NCBI GenBank assembly: GCA_965237805.1
Contig: OZ250153.1
Location: 1,344,001-1,408,000, forward strand
Length of the DNA: 64,000 bases
Source: Gammaproteobacteria bacterium
Lineage (GTDB): Bacteria > Pseudomonadota > Gammaproteobacteria > JABABF01
Direction of reading: 5' to 3'
Numbering within the stretch: position 1 is the first letter of the stretch; every line of letters begins with the position of its first letter. The position numbers and the translations under genes were made by a program. This document shows positions 40,225 through 49,834 of the stretch, one piece after another. Under the pieces are notes generated by a model, which saw only the letters and a list, made by a program, of their open reading frames with translations, was not told where the DNA came from and did not search any database.

Positions 40225-41954
40225 TTAGTCTGTGTTTTGTGTGTTTTCTAGAGCCCGTGCTTTGTCGAAATCAGCGCTTGCCTTGTCGTGTTGCCCCAAG
40301 CTGTTATAGGCCGCGCCGCGATTGCGATAGATTGCCGCATTATTTGGGTCTAGTTCAATGGCCAGATCAAAATCTTCAATTGCGTCTTCATATTTCTCCA
40401 ATTTCATTTTTGCAGTGCCGCGATTGTTATAGCTTGCCGCATCATTCGGGTCTAGTTCAATGGCTCGATCATAATCTTCAATCGCGTCTTCATATTCCCC
40501 TAATTTCACTTTTGCATCGCCACGATTGCGATATGCCGAATTCCTGGGGTCTAGTTTAATGGACTGATCATAATCTTCAATCGCGTCTTTATATTTCCCC
40601 AATTCAAATTTTGCATAGCCGCGCTGTCGATAGCTTTCCGAATCATTCGGGTCTAGTTCAATGGCCCGATCATAATCTTCAATCGCGTCTTTATATTCCC
40701 CAAATTTCACTTTTGAATACGCCGCGATTGTGATAGATTGCCAAATTCTTTGGGTCTAGTTTAATGGACTGATCATAATCTTCAATCGCGTCTTCATATT
40801 TCCCCAATTTCACTTTTGCATAGCCGCGATTGTGATAGCTTGCCGCATTCATTTGGGTCTAGTTTAATGGCTGATCATAATCTTCAATTGCGTCTTCATA
40901 TTTCCCCAATTTCACTTTTGCATAGCCGCGATTGTGATAGCTTGCCGAATTCTTTGGGTCTAGTTTAATGGCTGATCATAATCTTCAATCGCGTCTTCAT
41001 GTTGATCCAACTGTCTTCTTGCATAGCCGCGATTGCGATAGGCAGTCGCATTATTCTGGTCTAGTGCAATGGCTTTATTGTATCGCAATATGGCTTCTTC
41101 ATATTTGCCTTGTTGACTAGATTCAATACCTCTTTTTATGAAAAAATCTGCTGATGGTGTGCGCACCTTGTACCACCTTGCATAGCCATGAGGGTCAGGG
41201 AATAATTTGGTTGCTTCAATGCCATAATAGTTTTCTAATCGATCTAATATACGCTGCTTTGATGCTTTATCTATCAGTACACTTTGGCCGGCCGCCCCAA
41301 GCGCCTTGGGATCTTCAGGCCAGCCCAATATGAAGTAAGAATCTTGCGCTTTGGTTCTATCCGTCAAATGTTGGCTCTTCCATTTGTACCACTCCGGAGG
41401 CATTGATGGCATGGAAGTTCTGCTCTCCTCTGAGGCTGGTGGCTTGACCTTAATCAACTCATCCAGACGCGCCTTCTCGCCGTTGTTCAGCGCATCATGG
41501 CTCAAATCATTAAAAATAGTTTGGCTGGTGTCAAGTGCTACGATTTTCCCGTGTGCGCCTTGCTGTTTTCTTGCCCTGGAAGGTTGCCTGTGCTACAGGA
41601 AAACCACAAGGCGGTTAGTGGGTTTCAGCTAAAATCTATCAGCATTGTGCGGGCGTGATCATGTTGTAAGTTGGCCATTAATTCCAAGTCAGATAGTCGG
41701 CGTGTCCGGCCTATTTCATCATACAATCTCTCCCTTGCCCCCTCGAGTAGAGCATCTAATTTTTGACTATAAATAGCATGTATGTTTGGGTTGTCATGAT
41801 CATCGTCATCTATCTCCCTATAGACTGCAGATGACAAGTCAAAGGCTTCATCGTGCAAGCCACGATACACACAGGAACTGTAGTCTTCAAAAGACAAGCT
41901 TTCAACCCAATCGACAAACTCACTAACATCGCTAATGATCGGCTGATCACCCAT
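40225..41954 (-). pseudogene. FRG-domain protein fused to a tandem TPR array, disrupted
   Basis: VYRG..LQH..T.LIDFS*NPLTALWFSC (in-frame TGA at 41625-27), a frameshift near 41560-41590, then DR.KAQ.S.F and LFPD, followed by TPR units (AYRNRG.A...LG.YEDAIEDYD.AI.LDP) carrying four single-base indels. Confidence 0.82.
40300..41130 (-). repeat. About 8 near-identical ~102-bp TPR-coding repeats
   Basis: The anchor g/tggtctagt recurs at 40346, 40448, 40547, 40649, 40752, 40855, 40956 and 41057 (spacings 102, 99, 102, 103, 103, 101, 101). Confidence 0.93.
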
Positions 41955-41987
41955 CGCTTCTGATCACTCTTGCCAGTTGCACTGTGC

Positions 41988-42809
41988 TCATTTTATACTC
42001 GCTGCCGCCAGCTGCGCCTCAGCGCATTCTCCCGCCAATCTCCGCTCGGCCAACTTGCAGTATTCTGCGGATATTTCCATCCCCAAATAATTGCGCCCGT
42101 GCCGGGCGGCCATGACGCAGCTGGTGCCGCTACCACACATGGGATCCAGCACCATGGCACCCGGCTCGGTGAAGCACCGGATGAGATCCTCGGCCAATTT
42201 GTCCGGGAAGGTGGCCGGGTGCTCAGACTTCAGCCGGTTACCCTCGGTGTTGCTGGCAGCATAGCGCCATACGGTGCCTCGGCACTTTTCCGGCTGGACC
42301 GCCTTGGGTGCGATGTGCTTGAAACCGCCGCTTGTCAGCCGGTCTGTTCCGGTGTAGATCTTGCCTGCGTGCTTGCTCGGCACCAGCAAGTGCTGTTTAT
42401 CAAAATACTTGGGCTTTTTGCCTTTTAGAAATAACAGGATGTACTCATGGTCGACGCGAAAGCGCGTGTTCCACCACGCACCGGGATTGCCGTGCCGGTA
42501 ATAGATGCAACATTCAAACAGCCGCCAGCCCTGATGCTCGCACCAATCCACCGCCAGTTTAAAGCTGCTCAGCGATTTGGCGAAGTGCTTGGTGCTGTCG
42601 CCGATGACGACCGCGCAGATGCCGCCCTCTTTGCTGAGCCGGTATAAATTGCGCCCCAAGGCTTGAAAATCAACACGCCATTCCCCACGGTAGTTGCGCA
42701 CTTCATCGTAGGGAGGCGAAAACAAGCTGAGATCGACCGACGCTGCTGGCAATGCGCTAGTCAATGGCACACAATCGCCGAGTAGGATGCGGTTTTTAGG
42801 GATTGTCAT
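41988..42809 (-). CDS. Orphan site-specific DNA methyltransferase (N4-C/N6-A, beta class)
   Basis: GDC..DL..FSPPY, HEYIL, HPATFP, VLDPMCGSGT..G.EI. No endonuclease adjacent. Confidence 0.9.
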   Translation of the reverse strand: MTIPKNRILLGDCVPLTSALPAASVDLSLFSPPYDEVRNYRGEWRVDFQALGRNLYRLSKEGGICAVVIGDSTKHFAKSLSSFKLAVDWCEHQGWRLFECCIYYRHGNPGAWWNTRFRVDHEYILLFLKGKKPKYFDKQHLLVPSKHAGKIYTGTDRLTSGGFKHIAPKAVQPEKCRGTVWRYAASNTEGNRLKSEHPATFPDKLAEDLIRCFTEPGAMVLDPMCGSGTSCVMAARHGRNYLGMEISAEYCKLAERRLAGECAEAQLAAASIK

Positions 42810-42827
42810 CGCTTGGCAGAGTGCGGC

Positions 42828-43688
42828 TCAAGATTGATCGCGCAGCTGCTGCGCCAGCACTTCCAGCTGCGTCTCGATGCGCCCCAGCTGCTCTTGCATC
42901 ACGGCTGGCTGTGTGCTATCTGTCTGCGCTTCCTCTCGCTTGGCTGCCAGCTCCGCTCTGACTTGTGTCTGCTTTTCCTGCAACACTTGGACGATCACGC
43001 CGATCATCATATTGAAAAAGACAAAGGCGATCAGGAAGATAAAGCTGAGAAAATAAATCCAGCTGAGCGGGCTCAGCGGGTGGTGTTGCGACATGGCTGC
43101 GTGCATGATCCGCGCCCAGTTGTCGAAAGTGGCAATCTGGAAAAGGGTGAGCATGGCAGTGCCGACATCACGCCACGAGTCGGGGTCGGAATCTTTGAAG
43201 AACAAGTTGCCAAGGCAGCCGTAAATATAAAAAATAATAAACATCAGCAACGTCACATAGCCCATGCGCGGAATGGCCAGCAATAGTGCCTCCACCAGCA
43301 CCCGCAATTGCGGCACAAAGGACACCAGACGTAAGACACGGAACAGCCGCAGCAGGCGTCCCAGCAGGATGTGCTGGCTGTTGTCCAATGGAATCAGGCT
43401 GCCAACGACGATCAGCGTGTCGAAAACATTCCAGCCGTCACGGGAAAAAGCGCGCAGATTGGGGGCGGCTAAAAATCGCACTGCGATCTCGGTGACGAAA
43501 TAGAGGGTGATCGCGTAGTCGAGTATCAGCAAGACGGTGCGGGTCAGCGGGTGTAATGGATAGCTGCTAGCCCCGATGCTGAGTGCGGAGATGACGATGA
43601 CGACGGAGGTAAACCATTGGAAAGCGGGGTGATCATGTGCCTGCCTCAACCAGTCGCGCATCGTCTCCCAAGTGTTTGGCTCATTCAT
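42828..43688 (-). CDS. Bacterial voltage-gated (NaChBac/BacNav-like) ion channel
   Basis: 6TM layout, WNVFD in S3, S4 RLLRLFRVLR, pore TLFQIATFDNW, S6 FFNMMIGVIV and a C-terminal coiled coil. Confidence 0.9.
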   Translation of the reverse strand: MNEPNTWETMRDWLRQAHDHPAFQWFTSVVIVISALSIGASSYPLHPLTRTVLLILDYAITLYFVTEIAVRFLAAPNLRAFSRDGWNVFDTLIVVGSLIPLDNSQHILLGRLLRLFRVLRLVSFVPQLRVLVEALLLAIPRMGYVTLLMFIIFYIYGCLGNLFFKDSDPDSWRDVGTAMLTLFQIATFDNWARIMHAAMSQHHPLSPLSWIYFLSFIFLIAFVFFNMMIGVIVQVLQEKQTQVRAELAAKREEAQTDSTQPAVMQEQLGRIETQLEVLAQQLRDQS

Positions 43689-43923
43689 GCTCGGACACCT
43701 AACGATCCTGAGGTCATCCAGTATATATAGCTCTATCCTTGTCCGCATCGCTACCGCTCCCGAGTTGCCGCGCCGGTCACAGCGGCCGGGCAAAGCGGCG
43801 ATGTCGTCATGCTAAAATGACCTTTTCACGTGTTCTCTTGCGATTTGGTGCCGCCTGTTGATCCATCACTTAGGGCGCATCGCCGCTAGCACAGCACCAA
43901 AGAGTCGCCCGCCAGCTCGACCG

Positions 43924-45084
43924 ATGACCAAGCCCGTCATGACCGCGATGGCGACTGTTGCCATCCTCGCCGCCTCCTTGCTCCCGACCGCGGTGTCGGC
44001 CGCTGACGGCCTGCAGCACGCCCAGCGCTGGCAGCTGAATATGCCCCGCGGCGTGACGACGCTCAGCCATACGGTCTACGAGCTGCACATGATCATTTTT
44101 TGGATCTGTGTGGCCATCGCCGTCTTGGTCTACGGCGTGATGTTCTACTCCATGGCCGTCCACCGCAAGTCGCTGGGGGCAGAGCCGGCCCAGTTCTCCC
44201 ACAACACCCATCTGGAGGTGTTCTGGACGGTGCTCGCCTCGCTGATTCTCGTGGCGATGGCGTGGCCAGCCACGGTGACGCTGATCAATATGTATGACCC
44301 CACCGACGCCGAAGTCGATATCTTGGTCACTGGCTACCAGTGGAAATGGAAGTATGAATATGTGCAGGAGGATGTCAGCTTTTTCAGCACCCTCGCGACA
44401 CCGGACGACGAGATCTACGGCGATGCGCCCAAAGGCGAGCATTATCTGCTGACGGTCGATAAGCCGCTGGTGATCCCGGTCGGTGTCAAGGTGCGTTTCT
44501 TGGTCACCGCCGCCGATGTGTTGCACTCTTGGTGGGTGCCGGATTTTGCGGTGAAGATGGATGCCATCCCCGGTTTCGTCAACGAGGCTTGGGCCTTCGT
44601 CGAGCGTGAGGGCGTCTATCGTGGGCAGTGCACCGAGCTGTGTGGGCGCCAGCACGGCTTTATGCCGATTGTCGTGCACGTCACCAGCCAAGAGCAATAC
44701 CGCAGCTGGCTCGCCGAGCGCCGCGCCGAGGCCGCCGCCGAGCGCGCCCTGCTGCACCAACAGATGGATCTTGCCCAGCTGATGGAGCGCGGTGAGCGGG
44801 TGTATCAGATCAACTGCTCCGCCTGCCACTTGGCCAATGGTGCCGGCCTGCCAGGGGCTTTCCCCGGGTTGCTGAAGGGCTCAGCCGCCACCGGTGCGCT
44901 GGAGCAGCATCTAGGCATTGTGCTCAATGGTGTGCCCGGCACGGCGATGGCGGCCTTCGGTGCCCAGCTGAGCGCTGCCGACTTGGCTGCGGTCATCACC
45001 TACGAGCGCAACGCTTGGGGCAATGACACCGGCGATTTGGTGCAGCCCATCGAGGTCGTGCACTATCAGCGCGGCGACAATTAG
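43924..45084 (+). CDS. coxB: Cytochrome c oxidase subunit II with C-terminal cytochrome c domain
   Basis: GYQWKWKY, DVLHSW, CuA motif CTELCGRQHGFM, CSACH heme motif. Confidence 0.96.
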   Translation: MTKPVMTAMATVAILAASLLPTAVSAADGLQHAQRWQLNMPRGVTTLSHTVYELHMIIFWICVAIAVLVYGVMFYSMAVHRKSLGAEPAQFSHNTHLEVFWTVLASLILVAMAWPATVTLINMYDPTDAEVDILVTGYQWKWKYEYVQEDVSFFSTLATPDDEIYGDAPKGEHYLLTVDKPLVIPVGVKVRFLVTAADVLHSWWVPDFAVKMDAIPGFVNEAWAFVEREGVYRGQCTELCGRQHGFMPIVVHVTSQEQYRSWLAERRAEAAAERALLHQQMDLAQLMERGERVYQINCSACHLANGAGLPGAFPGLLKGSAATGALEQHLGIVLNGVPGTAMAAFGAQLSAADLAAVITYERNAWGNDTGDLVQPIEVVHYQRGDN

Positions 45085-45098
45085 GGGGATAGGAGAGC

Positions 45099-46676
45099 AT
45101 GAGCGCAGATCACCACCACGGTCCGGCCAGCGGCATCACGCGCTGGCTGTTCACCACCAACCACAAGGACATCGGCACGCTCTACCTGTTCTTCGCCATG
45201 CTGCTGGCCTTCATTGGCGGCTCGATGGCGATGCTGATACGCGCCGAGCTATTCGAGCCTGGCCTGCAACTAGTGCAGCCAAACTTCTTCAATCAGATGA
45301 CGACGATGCACGGGCTGATCATGATCTTCGGCTTCGTCATGCCCGCCTTCGTCGGCTTCGCCAATTGGCAGATTCCGATGATGATCGGCGCACCGGATAT
45401 GGCCTTGCCCCGGCTCAACAATTGGAGTTTTTGGATCCTGCCCTTCGCCTTCACCATCTTGCTGAGCACGATGTTCATGGAAGGCGGCGGGCCGAACTTC
45501 GGTTGGACCTTCTACGCTCCGCTATCGACCACCTACGCCCCGCCCAGCGTCACCTATTTCATCTTCGCCGTGCACATGCTCGGGGTGTCGTCGATTCTGG
45601 GGTCGATCAACATCATCGCCACCATCATGAACCTGCGCGCGCCGGGCATGGGCTATATGAAGATGCCGCTGTTCGTGTGGACTTGGTTCATCACCGCCTT
45701 CCTGTTGCTGCTGGTGATGCCAGTGCTGGCCGGGGCCGTGACGATGATGCTGATGGACATCCACTTCGGCACCAGCTTCTTCCAAGCGGCTGGCGGCGGC
45801 GACCCGGTGCTGTTCCAGCATGTGTTCTGGTTCTTCGGCCACCCTGAGGTCTACATCATCATTCTGCCAGCCTTCGGCATTGTCTCGCAGGTGATCCCGG
45901 CCTTCTCCCGCAAGCCGTTGTTCGGCTACACCTCGATGGTCTACGCCACCGCCGCCATCGCCATCATGTCCACCGTGGTGTGGGCGCACCACATGTTCAC
46001 CGTCGGCATGCCGCTGGTCGGGGAGCTGTTCTTCATGTATACGACGATGCTGATCGCCGTGCCCACCGGGGTCAAGGTGTTCAACTGGGTGGCGACGATG
46101 TGGCGCGGGGCGATGACCTTCGAGACGCCGATGCTGTTCGCCATCGCCTTTGTGGTGTTGTTCTCCATCGGCGGATTCTCCGGGCTGATGATGGCCATCG
46201 CCCCCGCTGACTTCCAGTACCACGACACCTATTTCATCGTCGCTCACTTCCACTATGTCTTGGTGCCGGGCGCGGTGTTCGGTGTCTTCGCTGGCATCTA
46301 CTACTGGCTGCCGAAGTGGACTGGCCGCATGTACGACGAAAGCTTGGGGCAGCTGCACTTCTGGCTCACCTTCATCGGTGCCAATGTGACCTTCTTCCCG
46401 CAGCACTTCGTCGGCTTGGCCGGGATGCCTCGGCGTATTCCGGACTACGCTCTGCAGTTTGCCGACTTCAACGCCATCTCCTCGGTCGGTGCTTTCCTGT
46501 TTGGGGCCTCGCAGCTGGTGTTTCTCGTCGTCTTGGTGCGTGTCTTGTGGGCGAAGGCCGCCGATGAAGGTGTCGCTGTCGGTGACAACGCGTGGGAAGG
46601 AGCCACTGGCCTCGAGTGGGAGCTGCCCTCGCCGCCGCCGTACCACAGCTTCACGACGCCGCCGGTAGTGCGCTGA
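45099..46676 (+). CDS. coxA: Cytochrome c oxidase subunit I
   Basis: TTNHKDIG, WFFGHPEVY, WAHHM, AHFHY, GMPRR. Confidence 0.98.
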   Translation: MSADHHHGPASGITRWLFTTNHKDIGTLYLFFAMLLAFIGGSMAMLIRAELFEPGLQLVQPNFFNQMTTMHGLIMIFGFVMPAFVGFANWQIPMMIGAPDMALPRLNNWSFWILPFAFTILLSTMFMEGGGPNFGWTFYAPLSTTYAPPSVTYFIFAVHMLGVSSILGSINIIATIMNLRAPGMGYMKMPLFVWTWFITAFLLLLVMPVLAGAVTMMLMDIHFGTSFFQAAGGGDPVLFQHVFWFFGHPEVYIIILPAFGIVSQVIPAFSRKPLFGYTSMVYATAAIAIMSTVVWAHHMFTVGMPLVGELFFMYTTMLIAVPTGVKVFNWVATMWRGAMTFETPMLFAIAFVVLFSIGGFSGLMMAIAPADFQYHDTYFIVAHFHYVLVPGAVFGVFAGIYYWLPKWTGRMYDESLGQLHFWLTFIGANVTFFPQHFVGLAGMPRRIPDYALQFADFNAISSVGAFLFGASQLVFLVVLVRVLWAKAADEGVAVGDNAWEGATGLEWELPSPPPYHSFTTPPVVR

Positions 46677-46692
46677 GTTGAGGAGGCATGCG

Positions 46693-47325
46693 ATGGCGGA
46701 CGGGATCGATAGCGGGGGGCAGAGTGCGGCGGAGCGCCAGCTCGGCGTGCGCCGCACGGTGCGACGCTTGGCGGTCGGCACGGTGCTGATGTTCGGTTTC
46801 GGTTTTGCGCTGGTGCCGCTGTACGAGGTGTTCTGTGAAGTGACCGGACTCAATGGCAAGACCAGTGACAGCCCGGCGGTCTACCGCACGGCGGGCGCGG
46901 GCGTGGCCGTGGCCGTGGAGCGCGAGGTGCGGGTGCAGTTCCTCGCCGTCAACAACGGTTCGATGCCGTGGCAATTCCGGGCGCCGGCGGAGTCGGAGCT
47001 GCGCATCGCGCCCGGTGCCGCGCCAGTGCATTTGAGCTACTACGCGCGCAACGACACCGACCGCGACATGGTGGCCCAAGCAGTGCCCAGCGTGTCGCCG
47101 GGGCGCGCCGCCAAGCACTTGCGCAAGATCGAGTGCTTTTGCTTCGAGCGCCAGCCGCTGGCGGCGGGCGAGGAGGCCGAGTTGTCACTGCGTTTCTACT
47201 TGGATGCCGATTTTCCTGCGGATATCGGCACTGTCACGCTGTCCTATACCCTGTTTGATGTCAGCGAGCTGGCGGCGGCCGAGACGGTGGCCACAGTGGG
47301 GCGCCTCAGTGCCCAGGGAGGTTGA
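46693..47325 (+). CDS. ctaG: Cytochrome c oxidase assembly protein CtaG/Cox11
   Basis: FGFGFALVPLY..FC.VTGLNG, QAVPSV.P, K.ECFCF, TLSYT.F. Confidence 0.95.
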   Translation: MADGIDSGGQSAAERQLGVRRTVRRLAVGTVLMFGFGFALVPLYEVFCEVTGLNGKTSDSPAVYRTAGAGVAVAVEREVRVQFLAVNNGSMPWQFRAPAESELRIAPGAAPVHLSYYARNDTDRDMVAQAVPSVSPGRAAKHLRKIECFCFERQPLAAGEEAELSLRFYLDADFPADIGTVTLSYTLFDVSELAAAETVATVGRLSAQGG

Positions 47326-47327
47326 GC

Positions 47328-48332
47328 ATGGCGGCTGAGCAGATGGCGGGGCAGGCTGTCGGGGCGGCGGCGGGGGGCGTGCAAGTGCCGCCTTTCCCCT
47401 CCTATCATGTGCCGGCCAACAGTTGGCGACCGGTCGCCGCCTCGGTCGCGCTGTTCCTGATGATGCTCGGGGCTGGCACCATGCTGAACCAGCTCCGCGC
47501 CGGCGAGCCCGCCGATGCCAAGTGGCTGCTAATGCTCGGTTTCGGCGGCTTGGTACTCGTGCTGTTTGGCTGGTTCGCCACCACCATCAGCGAGCACTTG
47601 GCGGGCATGAACAGCGCCCGGTTGCAGACCTCCTATGTCTACGCCATGTGTTGGTTCATCTTCACCGAGGTGATGTTTTTCGCCGTCTTCTTCGGCGCAT
47701 TGTTCTATCTGCGCGTTTTGGTAGTGCCGTGGTTGGGTGGCGAGGGGGACAAGGGTATCAGCAACATGCTGTGGCAGGGCTTCGAGGCCACTTGGCCGCT
47801 GATGGAGACACCGCAGCAGGCAGTGGGGGGAGCCACATCGCAGCTCATCGCCAACAACGGCGTTTTCTCTGGGCCTCATCAGAATATGTCTTTCCCGGGA
47901 TGGGGCAATCTTTTGCACTGGCTGCCACTGTGGAACACGATCTTGCTGTTGTCGTCCAGCGTCACCGTACACATCGCGCATTTGGGGCTAAAGGCTGGCA
48001 ATCGGCTTCAGCTGGCGGTGTGGTTGGGCATCACCGTGGCGCTGGGGGCCTCCTTCCTCGTCCTGCAGTATTTGGAGTACCACGAAGCCTATGTCGAATA
48101 TGGCTTGACCCTGAACTCAGGGGTGTATGGCACCACCTTCTTCATGCTGACCGGCTTCCACGGCTTCCATGTCTTGTTGGGGGCGACGATGCTACTGATC
48201 ATGTGGCTGCGCGCCCAGCTGGCCGGGCATTTCAAACCAGCGGATCATTTCGGCTTTGAGGCCGCCTCGTGGTACTGGCACTTCGTCGATGTGGTGTGGG
48301 TCTGCCTGTTCTTGTTTGTTTATATTTTGTGA
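47328..48332 (+). CDS. coxC: Cytochrome c oxidase subunit III
   Basis: WFIFTEVMFF, NTILLLSSS, FFMLTGFHG.HV, YWHFVDVVW. Confidence 0.96.
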   Translation: MAAEQMAGQAVGAAAGGVQVPPFPSYHVPANSWRPVAASVALFLMMLGAGTMLNQLRAGEPADAKWLLMLGFGGLVLVLFGWFATTISEHLAGMNSARLQTSYVYAMCWFIFTEVMFFAVFFGALFYLRVLVVPWLGGEGDKGISNMLWQGFEATWPLMETPQQAVGGATSQLIANNGVFSGPHQNMSFPGWGNLLHWLPLWNTILLLSSSVTVHIAHLGLKAGNRLQLAVWLGITVALGASFLVLQYLEYHEAYVEYGLTLNSGVYGTTFFMLTGFHGFHVLLGATMLLIMWLRAQLAGHFKPADHFGFEAASWYWHFVDVVWVCLFLFVYIL

Positions 48333-48381
48333 GGGAGGGGGGACGAGACGGTCACAAAAGAGATTGCACCTAAAACAGTGC

Positions 48382-48423
48382 GTTGCTATCCAGCTTGCGG
48401 GATAGCGACACGAAGGATATAAT
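48382..48423 (+). promoter_or_regulatory. Sigma70 promoter of the inserted nuclease-like gene, with a hairpin over the -35
   Basis: TTGCGG (48395)-N17-TATAAT (48418). Inverted repeat gttgctatcc / ggatagcgac. Confidence 0.6.
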
Positions 48424-48460
48424 TCCCCTACATTCATAGAATTTATAGAGGAGATTTGCC

Positions 48461-49315
48461 GTGACAGCCATTCCGAAAGCCACCACTAAGAGGCTTATCG
48501 CTACTGTTCCAAAGTTTAAGAAAGTGCTTGAATCTGCGCGTACACGCGATGTAAATGAGTCCGACACTGTCACCATTGTGACGGATATTTTGGACGAAGT
48601 ATTTGGATTTGATAAATACAGCGACATTACCCGTGAGTATGCTATCAATGGCACATACTGCGACTTGGCCATCAAGGCTGACAACAAAATCCAATATCTT
48701 ATCGAAGTTAAAGCGATCGGCCGTTCCTTGCGGAGCAACCATGTGCGGCAACTCGTCACTTATGCGGCTCGGGATGGGGTGAAATGGGTAGTGTTAACCA
48801 ATGGGGTAACGTGGGCAATATACCGTGTCACATTAGAGGAGAAGATTGAAAGCACAAAGCTCGTTGATTTCAACTTTACCGCCTTGAATGCCCAAAGTAA
48901 AAACGATCAGGAATTACTGTTCTTATTGTGTAAGCGCGGGGTTAAAAAAGAAATGATTGAGGAATTTTATAAGTATCGACAAGCTGTCAATTCCTATTCT
49001 ATAGGGGCAGTTATTTTGAGCAAACCCGTGATCTCTGCGATACGCCGTGAGCTCCGGGGAATGAAAGCAGGGCTTAAAGTATCCGAAGAAAACATAAAAG
49101 AACTAGTAGAAACTGAGGTGCTGAAGCGAGAATTAGTTGAAAGCGATGAAGCTGCAGAGGCACATAAGATGGTGAAAGCTGCATCCAGCAAGCGTCGTTC
49201 AACAACCCGTTCGACCAAAAAGCTAGTGGCAACTAAAGCGCAAGCGGATGTGGTTGGCGAGGTGCAAGCAGATGTAGTGGGTGCAGTGCCAGTGGATGAT
49301 GAGCCCTTGTGGTGA
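48461..49315 (+). CDS. Stand-alone HsdR N-terminal-like PD-(D/E)xK nuclease domain protein
   Basis: NESDT..I..IL..VFGFD..ITREY..CDLAI..IEVKA..Q..YA..W.VLTNG..W. AT-rich compared with its flanks. Confidence 0.8.
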   Translation: MTAIPKATTKRLIATVPKFKKVLESARTRDVNESDTVTIVTDILDEVFGFDKYSDITREYAINGTYCDLAIKADNKIQYLIEVKAIGRSLRSNHVRQLVTYAARDGVKWVVLTNGVTWAIYRVTLEEKIESTKLVDFNFTALNAQSKNDQELLFLLCKRGVKKEMIEEFYKYRQAVNSYSIGAVILSKPVISAIRRELRGMKAGLKVSEENIKELVETEVLKRELVESDEAAEAHKMVKAASSKRRSTTRSTKKLVATKAQADVVGEVQADVVGAVPVDDEPLW

Positions 49316-49403
49316 GTGAGGTGCAATAGGGGAGCAGGGACATGGTCGCGGTCGACTAAATTGCGGTTGCCCCCAGTGCCTCTTGGTATTTGACCTGTTT
49401 TCC

Positions 49404-49481
49404 TTATTTTCCCTGCAGCTCGTGGCGCTCAGTTCCCCGCCGCTCATCCCATGGTGCCCGCGAACCCAGTTGTCCGGTATA
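49404..49481 (-). pseudogene. 3' fragment of the DUF2909 gene (divergent allele)
   Basis: Encodes YTGQLGSRAPWDERRGTERHELQGK*, versus YTGQLGSRAPWDERRGEESRELQGK* in the intact copy. Confidence 0.88.
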
Positions 49482-49484
49482 GCG

Positions 49485-49657
49485 CTGGGGCAATGCGCCC
49501 CGATGGCTCGGGATCTCGCGCACAAGCCCGGTTGCCGCCATCGCGCTGTGTCGGCAGAGGCGCGGGCCAGCCATCGGATCAAATCGAAAACCCGCTCGCA
49601 GGTGGCGCGGCTATGCCATGTGATGAAGCGGCCATTCGGCGCAAGATTTGTGGCTTG
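49485..49657 (+). mobile_element. IS5-family transposase C-terminal remnant
   Basis: HKPGCRHRAVSAEARASHRIKSKTRSQVARLCHVMKRPFG resembles the IS5 pattern H.KG.RNRPLS......NR.KSKVRARVEHVF...K. Confidence 0.6.
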
Positions 49658-49834
49658 ACTTGGCAGTCTCGTTGATGGGGGGCGATGCGGTGTCGGATCT
49701 GCAGGATGCTGCTGGTATACTTTCAGTGTTTCGGTGTTTTGGACACGGCTCCTATGGGCTCGGTGGCCTATGCCGCCTTGGCAGAGGCGGCAGATCGGGT
49801 GCGGGCGTTAGAGTGTCTTGGATAGGGATGTGGC

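Noticed and set aside
40300-41130. CRISPR array
   Set aside because: The units are ~102-bp coding repeats without unique spacers, and no cas genes are present.
41625-41627. TGA recoding (Sec or Trp) in the FRG gene
   Set aside because: TGA ends many normal genes in this window, and a frameshift follows within about 60 nt, so a nonsense mutation is the simpler explanation.
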